Source of the DNA: Raillietiella orientalis
Taxonomy: Eukaryota
NCBI GenBank assembly: GCA_036172245.1
Contig: JAYWIR010000039.1
Location: forward strand, 310,001-374,000
DNA: 64,000 nt
Reading direction: 5' to 3'
Shown: one piece after another, positions 48,097-61,960 of the stretch
Position numbering within the stretch: the first letter of the stretch is position 1
How the letters are laid out: every line of letters begins with the position of its first letter
Translations under genes and position numbers: made by a program
The notes under the pieces: model-generated
The model's database searches: none
Seen by the model: only the letters and a program-made list of their open reading frames with translations
Told to the model about the DNA's origin: nothing

Positions 48097-50499
48097 TATA
48101 GGGAGATAAATTTTATTGCATAGCCAGCAGTATTAATTTTTTTAACGTAATACTGCATGCCTAGCAAATCTGAAACCAAATACATTTAAAGGTAAATACT
48201 TATCAAAAGATACTGTGAATATTTGCGATTTTTTTTCAGTCGCACATATAATCAGTATACAATTGATTGCTAAGTTTAAATCGGTCTTGAAACTTATATA
48301 GGCCAAACTTGATTTCATGTAATAATGCAGAAAGTTATCTCGCAAAAAAAGTACTCATAGGATTTCCTACGCAAACTGCACCAATTGCTTTCCCCTAAAA
48401 AGAATTAACCCCAACATTAAATAAAGAAACCATTTATTACTGTGATCTTTTATGAACATATCGACACTACTATAGCCATTAAAAACAAGACTCGTGCATG
48501 CTGCATTCCAGCGTTTCATTGGACGTCCACATGCGCTCCACTGCACTCAGATGCAAAGAGGCAGCCACCATCTGCATGAACCGTGCTAAATAAGCAATCT
48601 TTACTGTCTGTTCTGTCCATCCAAATTTTCAAATTCATAATTTGTTCGAAATTGATAATCCATTTGAATTATAGGGACTTCACAATGGATGTAGACTGAG
48701 ATTTCCCATTTACATTTAAACAGTCTCATACTTTATTGGATTTTGAAAAACCCAGGACTTTTCTTGTGAGGCATGCAAAATTGGTTCGAAATGAAACTAT
48801 TTTTTTTTAAGAGATTTCAAAGTTCATTATGAAAGTTTAAATAGTCATGGAAATGCACTTCATTAAACGGATGACTGAGTTTCAAATTGTCTTAATGGCA
48901 TTACTAAACAAAAGCATCTGCAAAAAAACTCTCCAGCATTTCCAAACAAAAAATTGCCTGGCAACTTTTTCCAGTCTGTACCGTTAATAAGATACAATAT
49001 GCGGTTATGTTAACTTTAATTACTTAAGGCACCGATTCATCGTGAAACTTTACTTTGAAAGTTATTGTGAAATTTCACTTTGTGTAAAAATTTATAATAA
49101 AAACAAGGTGGAATAGTGATTTTTAATTGGCAGTATTCTATGTCTGATTTTATTTTTTTCCCTTGAAAATCGTGAGCGCAGTAAATTTGCAAGCTATTTA
49201 ACATTTATAAACTTTTCTTACTAAAGACTTCTATACACGACAGTTTTGGCACGAACGTCTTCTGGCATGTTATTACTTAGGCGCTGGTGGCTCTGGAATC
49301 AAACAATCACTTTCTGAAATTCATACATTACCTGATGGAAATTAAACATTTTGATTTATGAAAGGATGAATAAGATAGTTTAATGTCATCGTTTTGCATT
49401 TACAAATAATTCTTTGGATAATCGTTAATCTTACCTCTACAAATTAAACATAATTACGTAAACAGAAGATATGTTCATGTATTTTCAATTATCCAGTTTA
49501 TTTAAAGTTTTTTATAGGTTTACTCATTGTGTTCCCAGTTCGCAAGTATTTAATGTAACAATCATTTACGCATAAGGATTTGCATTTTATGAAGTGGCTT
49601 TCTTGGGTGAATTCATTCTGTCTAAAGAAAATTTCATCATATCTGATTCTGAATTCATTACTGATGCTTTTTCTTAGAATAATTCCCAATCATCTAATAT
49701 TTTATAAGGCTTATTTTCTTCCCGAATAGCTTACTAAGTAATTATCTCTTTCTTTCATACGTCGCTACGAAATAATAAGTATAAAATGTTATTGGCAGAC
49801 CAAGAAAAAAGAACAAATAGCACATTTAGTCATTTGTTCCTGTAATATATTACTCACATATGGCACCAATAACATTCCTTATTTTAGAGAGTCTCGAATC
49901 AGCTACTTGAATCTTTTGTATTACAAAATTAATCGGTTTCGTTTAGTTTTGCTATCTTTGGGGCTAGGATGATTTTGCTTATATTTTAGTTGCCTCGGTC
50001 GTTTGGGAGCTTATGTTTTCAGAAGCACTGATAGTTATGTTGAAGCCAAAGTATAAAAAAGTTTTGAAAAGCTGCTTCACCGCGTGCTATTTGATGAATC
50101 CTTATCCGATAATAAAAGAGCAATCAGATATGTTTTTTTTTCTAGCCACTTTCCTTACTTTTCAATGTAAGCCAGATCTGTAGATCATCCAGAAGCACTT
50201 TGTTGGTTGCTTTCAGTTTATCTGAATGTCCATAATTTATTTAGATTAAGAACCGATTGTCGTTTCTTCTATTTCAAGAGCAATACATTTTAAATGACAG
50301 AAATTTATACGGATTACCCAGATTCCTGTTTTATGTTTGTTATGAGTGTGTCCTTTGATGAGAACACATGTTGAAGGATGAAATATGTGAATCTGTTAAA
50401 CTATCTATATCCCTCATAGTATTAATGTATTACATTTCCGGTTTGCTTAGTAGATTATTTATTAAGTAATGAAAAGCACATAGATTTGCTTGTGTTTCA

Positions 50500-51080
50500 G
50501 AGAAAGTATTAATCTTTGCCTGGGATTTCTCATTGAGACGAAGGGAATTCCAAAAGGCTTGTTCCTTTCCTCCACAGTCAAAGATCTCGCGAACGAAGAT
50601 TCTTGGTTTCGAACCCAAGGATGATGCTTTGGAAATCCCGGAAAAAGACAAACGTTCAGTCGGACCAGTGGTCCAAGACATAAGTTCGAACGGCTCGCCT
50701 TCGTAGAACCACCACGAGAACCTCCCTCCCGTCAAACGACTTGTCCGGTGGGCCAGTGGGCAATTCACCCATTCGTAGTCCACTCCCCTCACTGCCATCC
50801 GGTTCCCTAAACAGGACTGTTGAACCAAGTTCGAAATTCATCTGTGGCCATCAAGTCATCGTTTCATGAAGCCAACCAGAAAGCCTTCTCCAGGGTTCCG
50901 AGAATGTTAAGGAACTCTCCTTGGTTTCGGTGCAGTCCAGAAGGCTACGGAAGCCGAGGCGAGGTTCGCGCTCTCAGGAATCCAATCAGCGGGGGAGCCC
51001 ATAAGATGCTGAGAAGCTGAGAAGATAGAAAATCGCAGTGCCATTCCTCCGCTTACGGAAGATGCAGCAAGTGGAGTATG
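50500..51080 (-). mobile_element. GC-richer decayed repeat fragment, related to repeats of the GC domain
   Basis: Abrupt composition change; 50655-50735 resembles 19570-19662 (GTCAGTCG...CTCCCGTCA). Confidence 0.4.
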
Positions 51081-51330
51081 CTAAAGGTTGTTTGGTGACT
51101 TTCATTAAGCACAAATTGGAAACAAACACAAACAAATAGTTGAAATTTGGAGCTTCGTCATGAAGCCGTGTTCAAGGACTGGTAGTATCCCACTCGTCGT
51201 GCATAATGAAGAAATGCATAACGGTCCCTTGATGGCACCATAGAAAAGAATGCACAGTTCGAATAATACTCATCGCAATCAGTGAGGATTATTTCAAGCC
51301 AGGAAATGAATAACGTAGTAATAGAATAAT

Positions 51331-54300
51331 ATGATAGCAAGAAGTAAACATGAATCAAGTAGATGGTTGAATATTTTCGAGCCTGAATTTGTTAGTGGTA
51401 TCTGTTCAAAAAGGAAATGTTTAGTCTGTTTTGCAATTGGATTTATGCTTGTAAACGTTTGGTTTTATCTTCAGGTAATCGTGCCAAAAGTTCAGTCAAT
51501 TGATTTATTGAAATCAGTGTTTCATTTTAAACAAAACTAAGAAATTGTTGAAATGAATGCGTAAATCAATGATTCAATAAATGAAATCCGTGTAACAGAT
51601 TTGGTTTTGTAAATCCTGTGTCAGTATTGTAAGCTGCTTTTAATAATGTTGATATGAATACGGTACTTTCCTCATAATGGGCACAGAAACTTTCAATCAT
51701 TGTATTTATCATATTTGTAACATTGTGAATGTTAGATTGTTTGATCCAAGGTAATTCTCCTTTTTCTCATCATACTTGTACTAATTGTAAGTTTTAGTCA
51801 TTGTAAACTGTTGTCATTTATTTGTTTTGCAGTTGAACAACCTAAAGTTCGTTACCCCAGAAGTTCAGAGAGCACATTCAGCTTTGTATAACACTTCTTT
51901 AAGGGGATCAGAATGCTATTTAAATAAAACCAACACCCTTTCAGCACTCAGCCGTGCAGTATCTGAAGGATGTAAAAAAATTATTTCTAATGTTTCATGC
52001 ACTTTACATTTGCAATCAGCCATCACTTTTGTTTCAAAATCTCAGTGTAAAGTGGAAGGTAATGTAATCAGACTTCTGCTTATTAGATGAATTGTGAAGA
52101 CAACGATGTCGTAAACTATATGAGTGTTTGCATTCAGAATTATGCACCTAGAAATTGCATGGTATTTTGAAGTGCTTAATTTTAATAAAGTTTGTTTGCA
52201 AACAAACTTTATTAAAATTTTTAATGTCACTGCAATTGTTGAACCCAGAAAGTATTGTATTTTTGTTGAAATTATAAATTTATGGGAGCCACATAAATAT
52301 GTAATTTTTGTGTTGCTATGAGTATGAGCCATGCATGTTATGTAATTCAGACATTGATGTGAGTGTATGTTGTTTCACATTGTTTGATATCTATAAACAA
52401 GAAATATAAACAGAGCTTGTCAGTTAAGTCCTTTCAAGTTCAGTTTATAACTTGCTGAGAATTGCTTGAAATATGTAGAGTTGTGTTTAATGTTGTTTCA
52501 TAAGCCTTCAACTTAGCTGAGCTGCTTATTTGATTAAATGTTCAAAATTGATATTTTGTAATTTGTAATATTTTGTAATAATTACTTACATGAATTCTTT
52601 TATATGCTTTTATTAATATTCAAGTATTTCATTTGCAGTATGTTATGATGTCATGATAGTGCTGATAAGCTTACAGCAAATCCTGAACATTTTGGGACTA
52701 TTGATTTAGGCTTTCCTCATTTTACTAAGGTCCAAGCATGCTGTTGATTGGGGCAAAAGTAGAGCCTTAAACGCAATTTCTTTTGTTTATAAAATTTTTG
52801 TTCCAAGTGCTGGATTTTTATTGATTAGACTGGAAAAAATAGTTCAATTGTATTCCTCATTATTTGTTTTTAATTTTAGATGAATCACAAGCAAGTGTAC
52901 TGCGCCCTGACAGAAGTATAAAGATCATATTTCTCTTTTTTGTCAAAGGAAGAGATATTAGGCAAATTTTGAGGCTTATAAAGAATTTATACCATTCTCA
53001 ACACTATTATTATATCCATGTAGATCTGGTATGAGCGTAATTTTGCATGATTCTGCATTAATCAGGTTAATTTTAGAGGGATAAGTATTTGTTTGAAAAT
53101 TTAAGAACTTTAGAAAAATATAGAAACATTAAATTGACTAGATTTCGCCAAGCCACTATTTGGGGTGGAGCAAGTTTGTTGACAGTTATGCTGCATTGTT
53201 TTCAAGAACTTTTAAACTTTGATTGGAAGTGGGATTTCGTAATAAATCTTAGTGAAAGTGATTTTCCTATTCGGTATGCATATTAAGTATAAAATATCTG
53301 TTAATATATATTTTTCTTATGGTGATTTTGTACTTATGTCAGCAGTTTGAAAAATGTTGAAAAAAAAAGACATTAACTTTGAACATAAGTGTATGCATGC
53401 AATTGAAATATATTTTATTATTTCTTTTTTAAATTTTCTGTTTTCATATGGAGAGTAATTTTGATCTATTACATTTTCAAATTTAATTTGTATTTTATAA
53501 AATCGGATTTATCATTCTTGCTGTAGTTAGATGATTTACTTTAGTTTAAAACTTTATTGTTTGTAAGGAAAAAGAATCCCAAGTGAATTAAATCAATTAG
53601 AATCTTTGTCTTCCTTTTGAATTTGTTGATGCAACACCACAGAAACCATTTTTAAAAACAAAGTTTGTAAAAGAACAGTAAATAGTTAATATTTCAAAAT
53701 GTGTTGAGGGTGAATCATGAACATTATTTTATAAGCTAGGATCATTCTAGTGGCAGTGCTACTGGTAAAGAAAAACATGCCCATTTGATAGTTTTGTATA
53801 TTCAAAGGATTCAATGATACAACATCAAACCAGAGATACAACGCTGTGGAATTCACGGATTTATGTTTTGATTTAGTTAAACAATTTTACAAATTTGATG
53901 TTTTTATAACATTGTAATAATTTGAAATTCACATTACCGATTCTTTGTATTTTTTGTTGGACAAAGTTAAGTTACCAGATTTCTTCTAGAAAAGTGACTT
54001 TAATTGGAGCATTAAATTAATTTCATTATTTGTATTGTAATTTAATCTATTTTGATCTATAGCATTTTTCCTGCAATACAAAATTTGCAGTACATTTACT
54101 TGCATATAGTACCTGAGTATCTATGATAAATAGATATGATAAATATTTGATTGGCTTACCATCTTTACAATTATTCGAGAGTTTTTAAAATTCTTTAGGC
54201 TGCATGATAATATGATATGCATTGCTGAGTCTTCTCATTCACAAATATGAAGTTGGTCTTTTGTGCTTGAAAGCAGGATGTCTCTTTGTTACTGTCTATG

Positions 54301-57300
54301 TTTTTTTAAATTATATTTGTAATTTAAACTTTCGATTTGTGGATGCGTTACAAGAAATCGTGGTTTGTAACTCATTTTGTGATGATATTATTGTTTTGTT
54401 GTAAAAGATTGTCGAAGATATTTTCATAATTATTTTCTGCTAAACTTTGCATAACTATGTTATGTGTTTGTTTAGTAATTAGCAATATTTCAGACATATA
54501 AATGATTTTGTAGATTTTCTTATGACTCATGGAGAAATGAATTTCCTGAAGTCTCACAATCAAAGGCCTTATAACTTTTTGAAAAAGCAAGGCCTCAAAT
54601 TTGCTTTTGTAGAATGTGACAATCACATGTGGAAACTAGGAGAACGGCATTTGCCTATAGGAATCGAGTTTGATGGAGGATCTGATTGGTTTGTTTTGCA
54701 TTACAATTTTGTTCAGTATGTTGTTAATAGTCTGGACAATATTGTAGTTGGTCTTAAAGAATTTTACAAACATAGTTTGTTACCTGTTGAAGTAGGTATT
54801 GAAAATGCAGATATTAAAATAATTTAAGTTGTTTCTTTTCAGTCTTTTTTTCACACGTTAATTAAGAATTCCGACTTTTGTTCCAAACTAATGAATAGTA
54901 ATTTGCGTGTTACAAATTGGAACAGAAGTCTGGGATGCCAGTGTCTTCACAAAAATGTTGTGGATTGGTGTGGTTGTTCTCCCAATAACTTTAGAATTAC
55001 TGACTGGCCAAGACTAAAGTCAGTCATGAGGTATCCCATATTTTTCGCTAGGAAATTTGAAGCAATCATTGATTTACAAATTATTGATAAAATTGAACAA
55101 TCTGTTTTTGGATATCAGTCAAATGGTGAGCATGCTTTTCCTAAAGATTTAAGTAATAAATTTGGTTTTAGATATACAAGGCATACATTCTGTTTGGGTC
55201 AACCATTTCGATCACAAACATGACACTATTTTGGATCATGCCCTAGTTTATCAAAACCTTGCTAGAATGATCTATAGCAATGTTATTGGAAACATTAGCA
55301 GTAATAATGTAAAAATTGTGGAAATGCATATATATCGTTCAGATTTTAATGTGTTATCGTTACATACACATGTAAGTCCATGTCTGCAGTTATTTCGTTG
55401 TTTAAAAAGAAAACAATTATCGAAAGCAAAAACAAACAAGCAGTTTAAAGCGCAGCACTTGGTTTAAAGTGTTGTGTTCAAAAGAGGAAAAATGAATGTG
55501 TATTTTACTTTTAGAACGTTTTATTATTATTTCAAGTAAAAACAAATTCAGCGTATTGTGAAATGGAAGCTTATTTTACGCAGAAAACTCTTTTTACAAA
55601 AAACTTTGAAATTAAAGTAAATCCATTACAGGTAATATGATACATGATTGACTTTCTAACATTGTTTAAAGAATTTGATAGTAACTGACAATTGGGATCC
55701 CAAAGAAGAAATTTCTAGAAACTACCACCATATAGTAATGCCCACATCTGCAGAGCTATTCTTAGTATCTGTATGGAAACGTAGCATTGGAAATTTTACA
55801 GCCAAATTCGTTAATCCGCAAGGAGATTTGGAGACATCTGTGAAGGGCATCAGCAAAACTCAAGTACATTTTTTGAGTATAGTATAATTATTAGATAATA
55901 ATTCTTACATTGTAGTGTCTAAGAATTGAATCCAAAAAAAATCCTCCTCTCTTTTTCATCTTCTTCTTGCTTGCCATTACCAATCAGATATATTTTGGAC
56001 ATGTGCTTTATTTGCATGGTGGTAGTGTTCCTAAAAATGCTTTCGTCTTTTAAGTAAATATTTCTTTACATTACAAAATCTCGAATGTTAAAAATCAAAT
56101 TAATAAGTCATTCTTAAGTTTGTAAGTACAATTGTGTTTGAGTTGTCGGGAATGCATTAGTATGGAAATGAATGGGTTTCCCATGTGAATATTCTAGAAA
56201 CATTGATTCACCTTTCATTGTGGTGGTGTGTTTAATTTAATGTTAGTATTATTACATGATGTAATTATAAAGTATGGGAATCGCTCAATGAAGAACAGGA
56301 TTTCTGTGGGATCAGTTTGAAAGTTGAGTTTTTAAGTGAGCATCTAGTAAATGCATGGGTAATCATGTCAGTAGTCCAATTGCTATAATCAAGTTTTCAT
56401 AATGCATTCTTGCTATGATGGCATGCTGTTGGTTTTAATCTCTCCGTATGCTTTTCATGGAACCTCCAAACAGTTTTATTCATTCATGTGTTATGTTTCT
56501 TATTTCCCGGAATAGATTTTAAATGCCGAAACAGTAATTGCTTCTTGGCAAATAAAATAAAATTTCACATTTCAAGTACTCTTTGCAAATTTCATATCAA
56601 TAAAGTTGCTGGGAAATTCTATTTTAAAAAAATCTATATTATGCTGAAATGCCGAGTAGGCTGTTTCTCAGAAAGATTTTGAACAGCATGATTAATTTAA
56701 TTATTTTTTCATTAAATACTCTAAAGCAAAAGAATCCATCATGATATCTCTTATTCATTTAATTAGTTTTATCATCTACCATATGATGGTTTTTAATCCT
56801 CATATTTTAAAGAAACTTGGTTCATAATGTGCTTCACTTTTCTGTTTGCTACCTTACTAATGTTTTGTTAAAAGTGCTTTTTCAGATGTTTATTCAAAGA
56901 TTCACGTTTTCTGTTAACAAGGTAAAAAGAACTCGTTAATAGGGAATGTAAGTCTTTTTGCTAAGGTCAACTCCAAAAGATTTTTTGTTAGCGTTTTTTA
57001 AATGTGTAACTAGAGGTTATATTTGATATTCCTTTCCTATTTCAATGTGCTTATAACTGCTGCGTAGTGTGTTTTTAAAACTTGTATAATGTGGAAGGTG
57101 CATTATGAAAGTTCGCAGTGGTTTTAGCATAAGTATAGCACCTGTGCATTACAATGGGTTATATTTGTTCTAGCATCTAAATGATAAATTTTGATAAGTG
57201 CGTCTTAATATGAGAATGCCATAAAAAGTTTTTGATGCTGTATCTCCTCTTAGTGTTTGTCAGGAATTTCAATGTTTTTTGTTTGCTGTTTAATAAGTAT

Positions 57301-60232
57301 TGTTGTTTTCAAGCTGAAAAACAGTTCAAAGCAACAAGTATAAACATCATCTTAATTGAATTGTTGGTGCTGCATAAGTGAAATATAATAACTAAGCATG
57401 TCTAGAGAAATTTGAAAATAATCATGGTATATTTTAAAGTATACTTTGAATGTATTTATAAAAAACTTCACTGTATTCACCTCACAAATAGATGAGTAGA
57501 ATTTTTTCCCTTATTTTTAATGTTTTGTGTCCACACATTGAGAGGGTACTTTGAATTCCCATAATACTGGATAACCTCTACAAATTAACAGTATTTTTTG
57601 TTTTATAGAAAACTCTCATATGCATTCTAATGAGCTTCACTAGGTGAATAATCAGTTGACTGTCCTCCTCTCTGAAACTTTTGTAGTAGTGTTCAAGTGT
57701 TATTATTACTCCTCGTAACCTCTTTCTGAGTTTTGTTTGCTACAGTTTTTCATTTTTCTAAAAAAAAAAAGTACCTTCTCTTAATTTGGAATTTTTAGAA
57801 GTTGATAACGCCTTCTTGTGAAATTGCTTTCCCGACTTTGTATTCATAGTGTCACTTTTTGCTTCAACATGTTCTCACCACTGGAAATAATGTAATTTTT
57901 TAATTTCTTTCTCCCCTTAGATATGTTTTCCATTCATAGATCCCCATTATTTTTAATTTACTTAGTATTTGATACAGCAATTTTGTAAGCTTTTATGAAT
58001 GACTTGGAACTGATTTCTTACTTATGGTCTATGCAAACTATTTTTCATTGCAGGACACGAGCATTTTGTATTACTCACCTTTTCGGTGACTCAGATCTAA
58101 GTGCATTATTACAGCATTTAGAAAAAATCAGCCATTTGTCTGTTTCACTGTTTGTATACTCTGTGTAGCAAAATACTCGATTTTAGATTAATTTCTTGTG
58201 CTCATTTTTGTCTTTTTTAATGTTTTGTTCTATAGCAGTTGTTTTTGAGTTTTCTCATTAGATAAGATAAGTGCGTTTTTTTCGAAACCTGCTACATTGG
58301 AAGTTTTGTTTACAGATATTTTTCGTTTGTTCTCTACATTTTTTGTTAGATTGCATGAAAATTTTATAACTGGAATTGCGAATTAAATAGCAAGTTTCAC
58401 GAGTACTGAATCCATGTGTGTACTCATTTTCGCATTCACTCAGACCTAATAGCTTCTGATTTTTTCTGCAAATTTGCACAATTTCAAATGTAGGTTGCAC
58501 TCACATCACTCCTCACATGTTATAATGTGGAAGCATACTTATGGAATATTCAGTTTGACATTTCGGAATTTAGTTTAACGTTCAATTTTTGTTTTGCTCT
58601 TGTATCTTACATAACTTGGCATCTGTGCTGCTTTATCTCATATTTGTTTTATGTTGGTAATCAACAACATTCTGCAATTAGCTTTTTAGAATTTTTTCCC
58701 TAACTTGTTAGGAACTCTGTAGGATGAAATTTTATGAAAAAATTATGTATGAATCAACATTCATATAGGATTTTTTCCTTATAGTTTTTCTTTCTTTGGT
58801 TCAAAAAGGTTTTGTTGGTACATAAATTTGTTTTGCATTGTAAACCAAAGCAAGACTTCCTTCTTAATTGTGTTGTGTTAATATTGATGTGAATTCTTTG
58901 TTACAAACATCACCTTTGAAGTGCATAAAACTTGCTGCTTCCAGTAATATGGAAAGCATTTTTTTGGTTTTAGCATGACCCCCCAGTTTTGTGAGCATGA
59001 ATCATACTTCATTAAGTAGCTACATTGTTATCAAGACTTTTTCCCGTTCTTTCCATTCTCAGTCTTAAATAACCGCACAAGCTTTATTTTCAAAATAGTT
59101 CAGTTAATTTTTCGCTGCAGCTTCTGGTATTTGTTTTGTTCCATCTGTTATACAGTCAGCTGTCATTACTAGACACTCGTACTTCCTTGATCATCAATTT
59201 CGAAATTGTATTTGTTATGAATGTTTTTATTCAATTCTATAAAAACTTCAGTGGTATGCTAAGAATACAGTATAAAAATACATTTTTATTGAATTCTAAT
59301 TTTGAATAACTGCTTTCGTTTTAATTAATTTTAAAATGAGATTTCTTGGTATCAATATGGTTTGTAATTACTTTTTAATTGTAAGCCACAATTGTATGCG
59401 AGACCACAGGGGTGTCCGTTTCAGTTTTCATGTGCTTGCAGAAACAATAATCGTTTTGTTAGTGGCACTATTGTTTAGATTTGTTAGGAGGAGGCTGGAT
59501 AAAATCTATTTGCAAATTAAGCATACTGTTTTGCTAGAGCATAAATGCATAATGCAATCAGCAAAGACATCTGTATAGAATGTCATTACACAAAAACAGA
59601 ATAATTGATACAAATGTAATGCACAATTCTTCTGAAGCATAAAACGTAAATTCGAAAATTAATGTCCAAAAGGAACAGTTTTTCTTCCTGAAATCATAGC
59701 AACATATTGCAACATATGTTGAACCTTCATATTTTGCCGTATCTTTTCAATTTCATCGACTACTTCTATTACTAATTGTTGCTTCTTGTAGCCCTAGTTT
59801 ATTTGCTAGTCTTATATGACTATACATGTTAATAATTATGTATTTTTTAGTATAATTGTATAAAAGTATTGATGAAAGCGCCTCTAAAATCTGGTATCTG
59901 GAAAGTTCTTCTGTTGAATCAGATGGGTTTATTGGGTGTTTCTAGTTTCTATGTTAGTCCATCTGAAAAACACAAGTAAGTATAGTTTGTTTGTAGAATA
60001 ATTAATATTTTTATTTTATTTTTGTAGTTCAATTCATGACACAGATGTTGAAGCAGCAGGTTTTGTTTTGAGCAAATTATATAACATTAGAGATCTGTGT
60101 CATGTCCACTGTACAGATAAACGCACCATGCAAAAGACAAATAACTGCAGTAGATCAAGTTGGAGTTCGAAATCACCTGATCCTAAATCACAGCTGGGTG
60201 AAGTTAATCCATTGACTAATATGTTCATGTGA
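51331..60232 (+). CDS. oxt: Peptide O-xylosyltransferase (XYLT/oxt family, GT14)
   Basis: Type II TM exon 51331-51474 (start inferred); SALSRA..GCK; YYYIHVD; TIWGGASLL; WDFVINLSESDFP; FVECDNHMWKLG; DGGSDW; LLPVESFFHT; NLRVTNWNRSLGCQC..VDWCGCSPN; FFARKFE; WDPKE; terminal SWSSKSPDPKSQLG with TGA at 60230-60232. Confidence 0.93.
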
Positions 60233-60801
60233 TACTCAAAATAGTTTTTAGTATTTAGCATTCGTTTTATCTTGGGAGTGTTTTCAGGTGTAATACCTGG
60301 TATGTGTGAAATGTGCGTGAGTTGATGCTTGAAGGTTTTTTGCAGCTGGAAATGGTAAAGTAGCTATAAATCGAGCATATTCCACTCTGGTGCTATTATA
60401 AAATTATACACACAGTAAACACACGTTATACCTCCATCAGTGGCTTGTTTCGTTTTAGTCATTTTAAACGTATTTTTGGTAACTGACGCAAGCACTGAAG
60501 TATATTTTTGAATTATCTCAGAACCTTTTATTTTCAAAATAGTTCACATATCTTTTCTTGTGGAAAAAAAGTTTCAATTATGAGTTTTCTAGTAGTATTT
60601 CATCTTATCATTAAAGGTAAGTGACCAACATATTTTCATCTATTCCAACATTCAGTTTAGAGTGGTCTTACATAACAGATACTAATTATTTTTTACTGAA
60701 TGTGAATATTTGTTTTTTATTAAGCATAATTGGTCTTGTTTGGTGTGTTTTTTTTTAGGCTATTTAATTGGAATATTCTGTTTATTTGCTTGTTTGACCA
60801 T

Positions 60802-60839
60802 TTGGAAATCACAAAGATTATTATCTTTGTGATTTCCAA
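60802..60839. repeat. Perfect 17-bp inverted repeat with 4-nt loop
   Basis: TTGGAAATCACAAAGAT-TATT-ATCTTTGTGATTTCCAA. Confidence 0.9.
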
Positions 60840-61960
60840 GTGATCATTACGTTTTCTCAGTCTGGTTTCCTAGTGGTTAGGCCAATTACTTCTTGTTGTA
60901 TGCACTATGCCTTATTCGTTGTGCTGTTTATTATTTATTATTTATGCTTCTTCATTCTTTAGAATTAATTTCATTGCTTTTTGATGTTGATTGGGTAATA
61001 GTAAAAAATTTTACCACTATTGTTCAGATTCAGAGAGTTTTTTTGTTTATTATAAATGAATATTCACCACTCAATTTATAGCAACTAGGAGGTCACCATA
61101 TTTTCACAGATTCTCCTGAAAGTATATGAAAGCAATCTACCACATACAGCATCTGTACCTAAATTAAATGCACAATGCCTGCAACAATTTACATCTAACT
61201 TCGAGAATTTTTTTTTTTTTTGCATGCTTGTTCATAGTGTAACTGCTCATTGATTTTTACTTTGAAGGGTAACTGTCATTTTGTGGAGGTTAATTGAGTT
61301 TCTTCATGCTTCAGCTTTGTGGCTTGCTTTTTCATTCATTCACAAAAGTGTTGCGATATGGATACTTAGCAACATAGTTTACATTAGGACCCAAATTATT
61401 TGCAAAAAAGAGCTTGCTGTTGCTTGCTTATTGCTTGCTGTTCCTTGAGAAAATGCAAAACGATTTAGTAAAAGATGGCAACTAAAATGCAAGTCAGGCA
61501 AGTGCCTCTTTTGCATAATGAGGAACAAGGGCTATGCCACATCCTTAAAACCACTGCACACATTATAAACACTGAATGCCATTTGTTGAGTTTGCATTGA
61601 TTCCTACTAGCATCGAGCAATCCCAAGCTGTATGGTACCAGTATTTTTAATAACAGAAATATTTATTACATTCCCCACTTTGTGATCTGGCTGATCCAGT
61701 TTCTTATCTACAATTAAATGAGAAGCAGATTAAAAGGTATTGCTAGCAGCTCTTTGAGAAAGAAGAAATTGGTGACTATAAGATTGCTTGTAAATGCTGC
61801 TTGGAGTTTCTGAATAGGAATTTTGGTTCCAGCACCCAGCCATCAATGCATCTGGAAAACATTCATTATTTTAAAGTAGAAAGTTTTGAGGACCAGGGTA
61901 CATGCTTTGAAAAATTACGTTTTTTCTCATGGGCTTACAGTTTCAGTAACATATAGTGGG

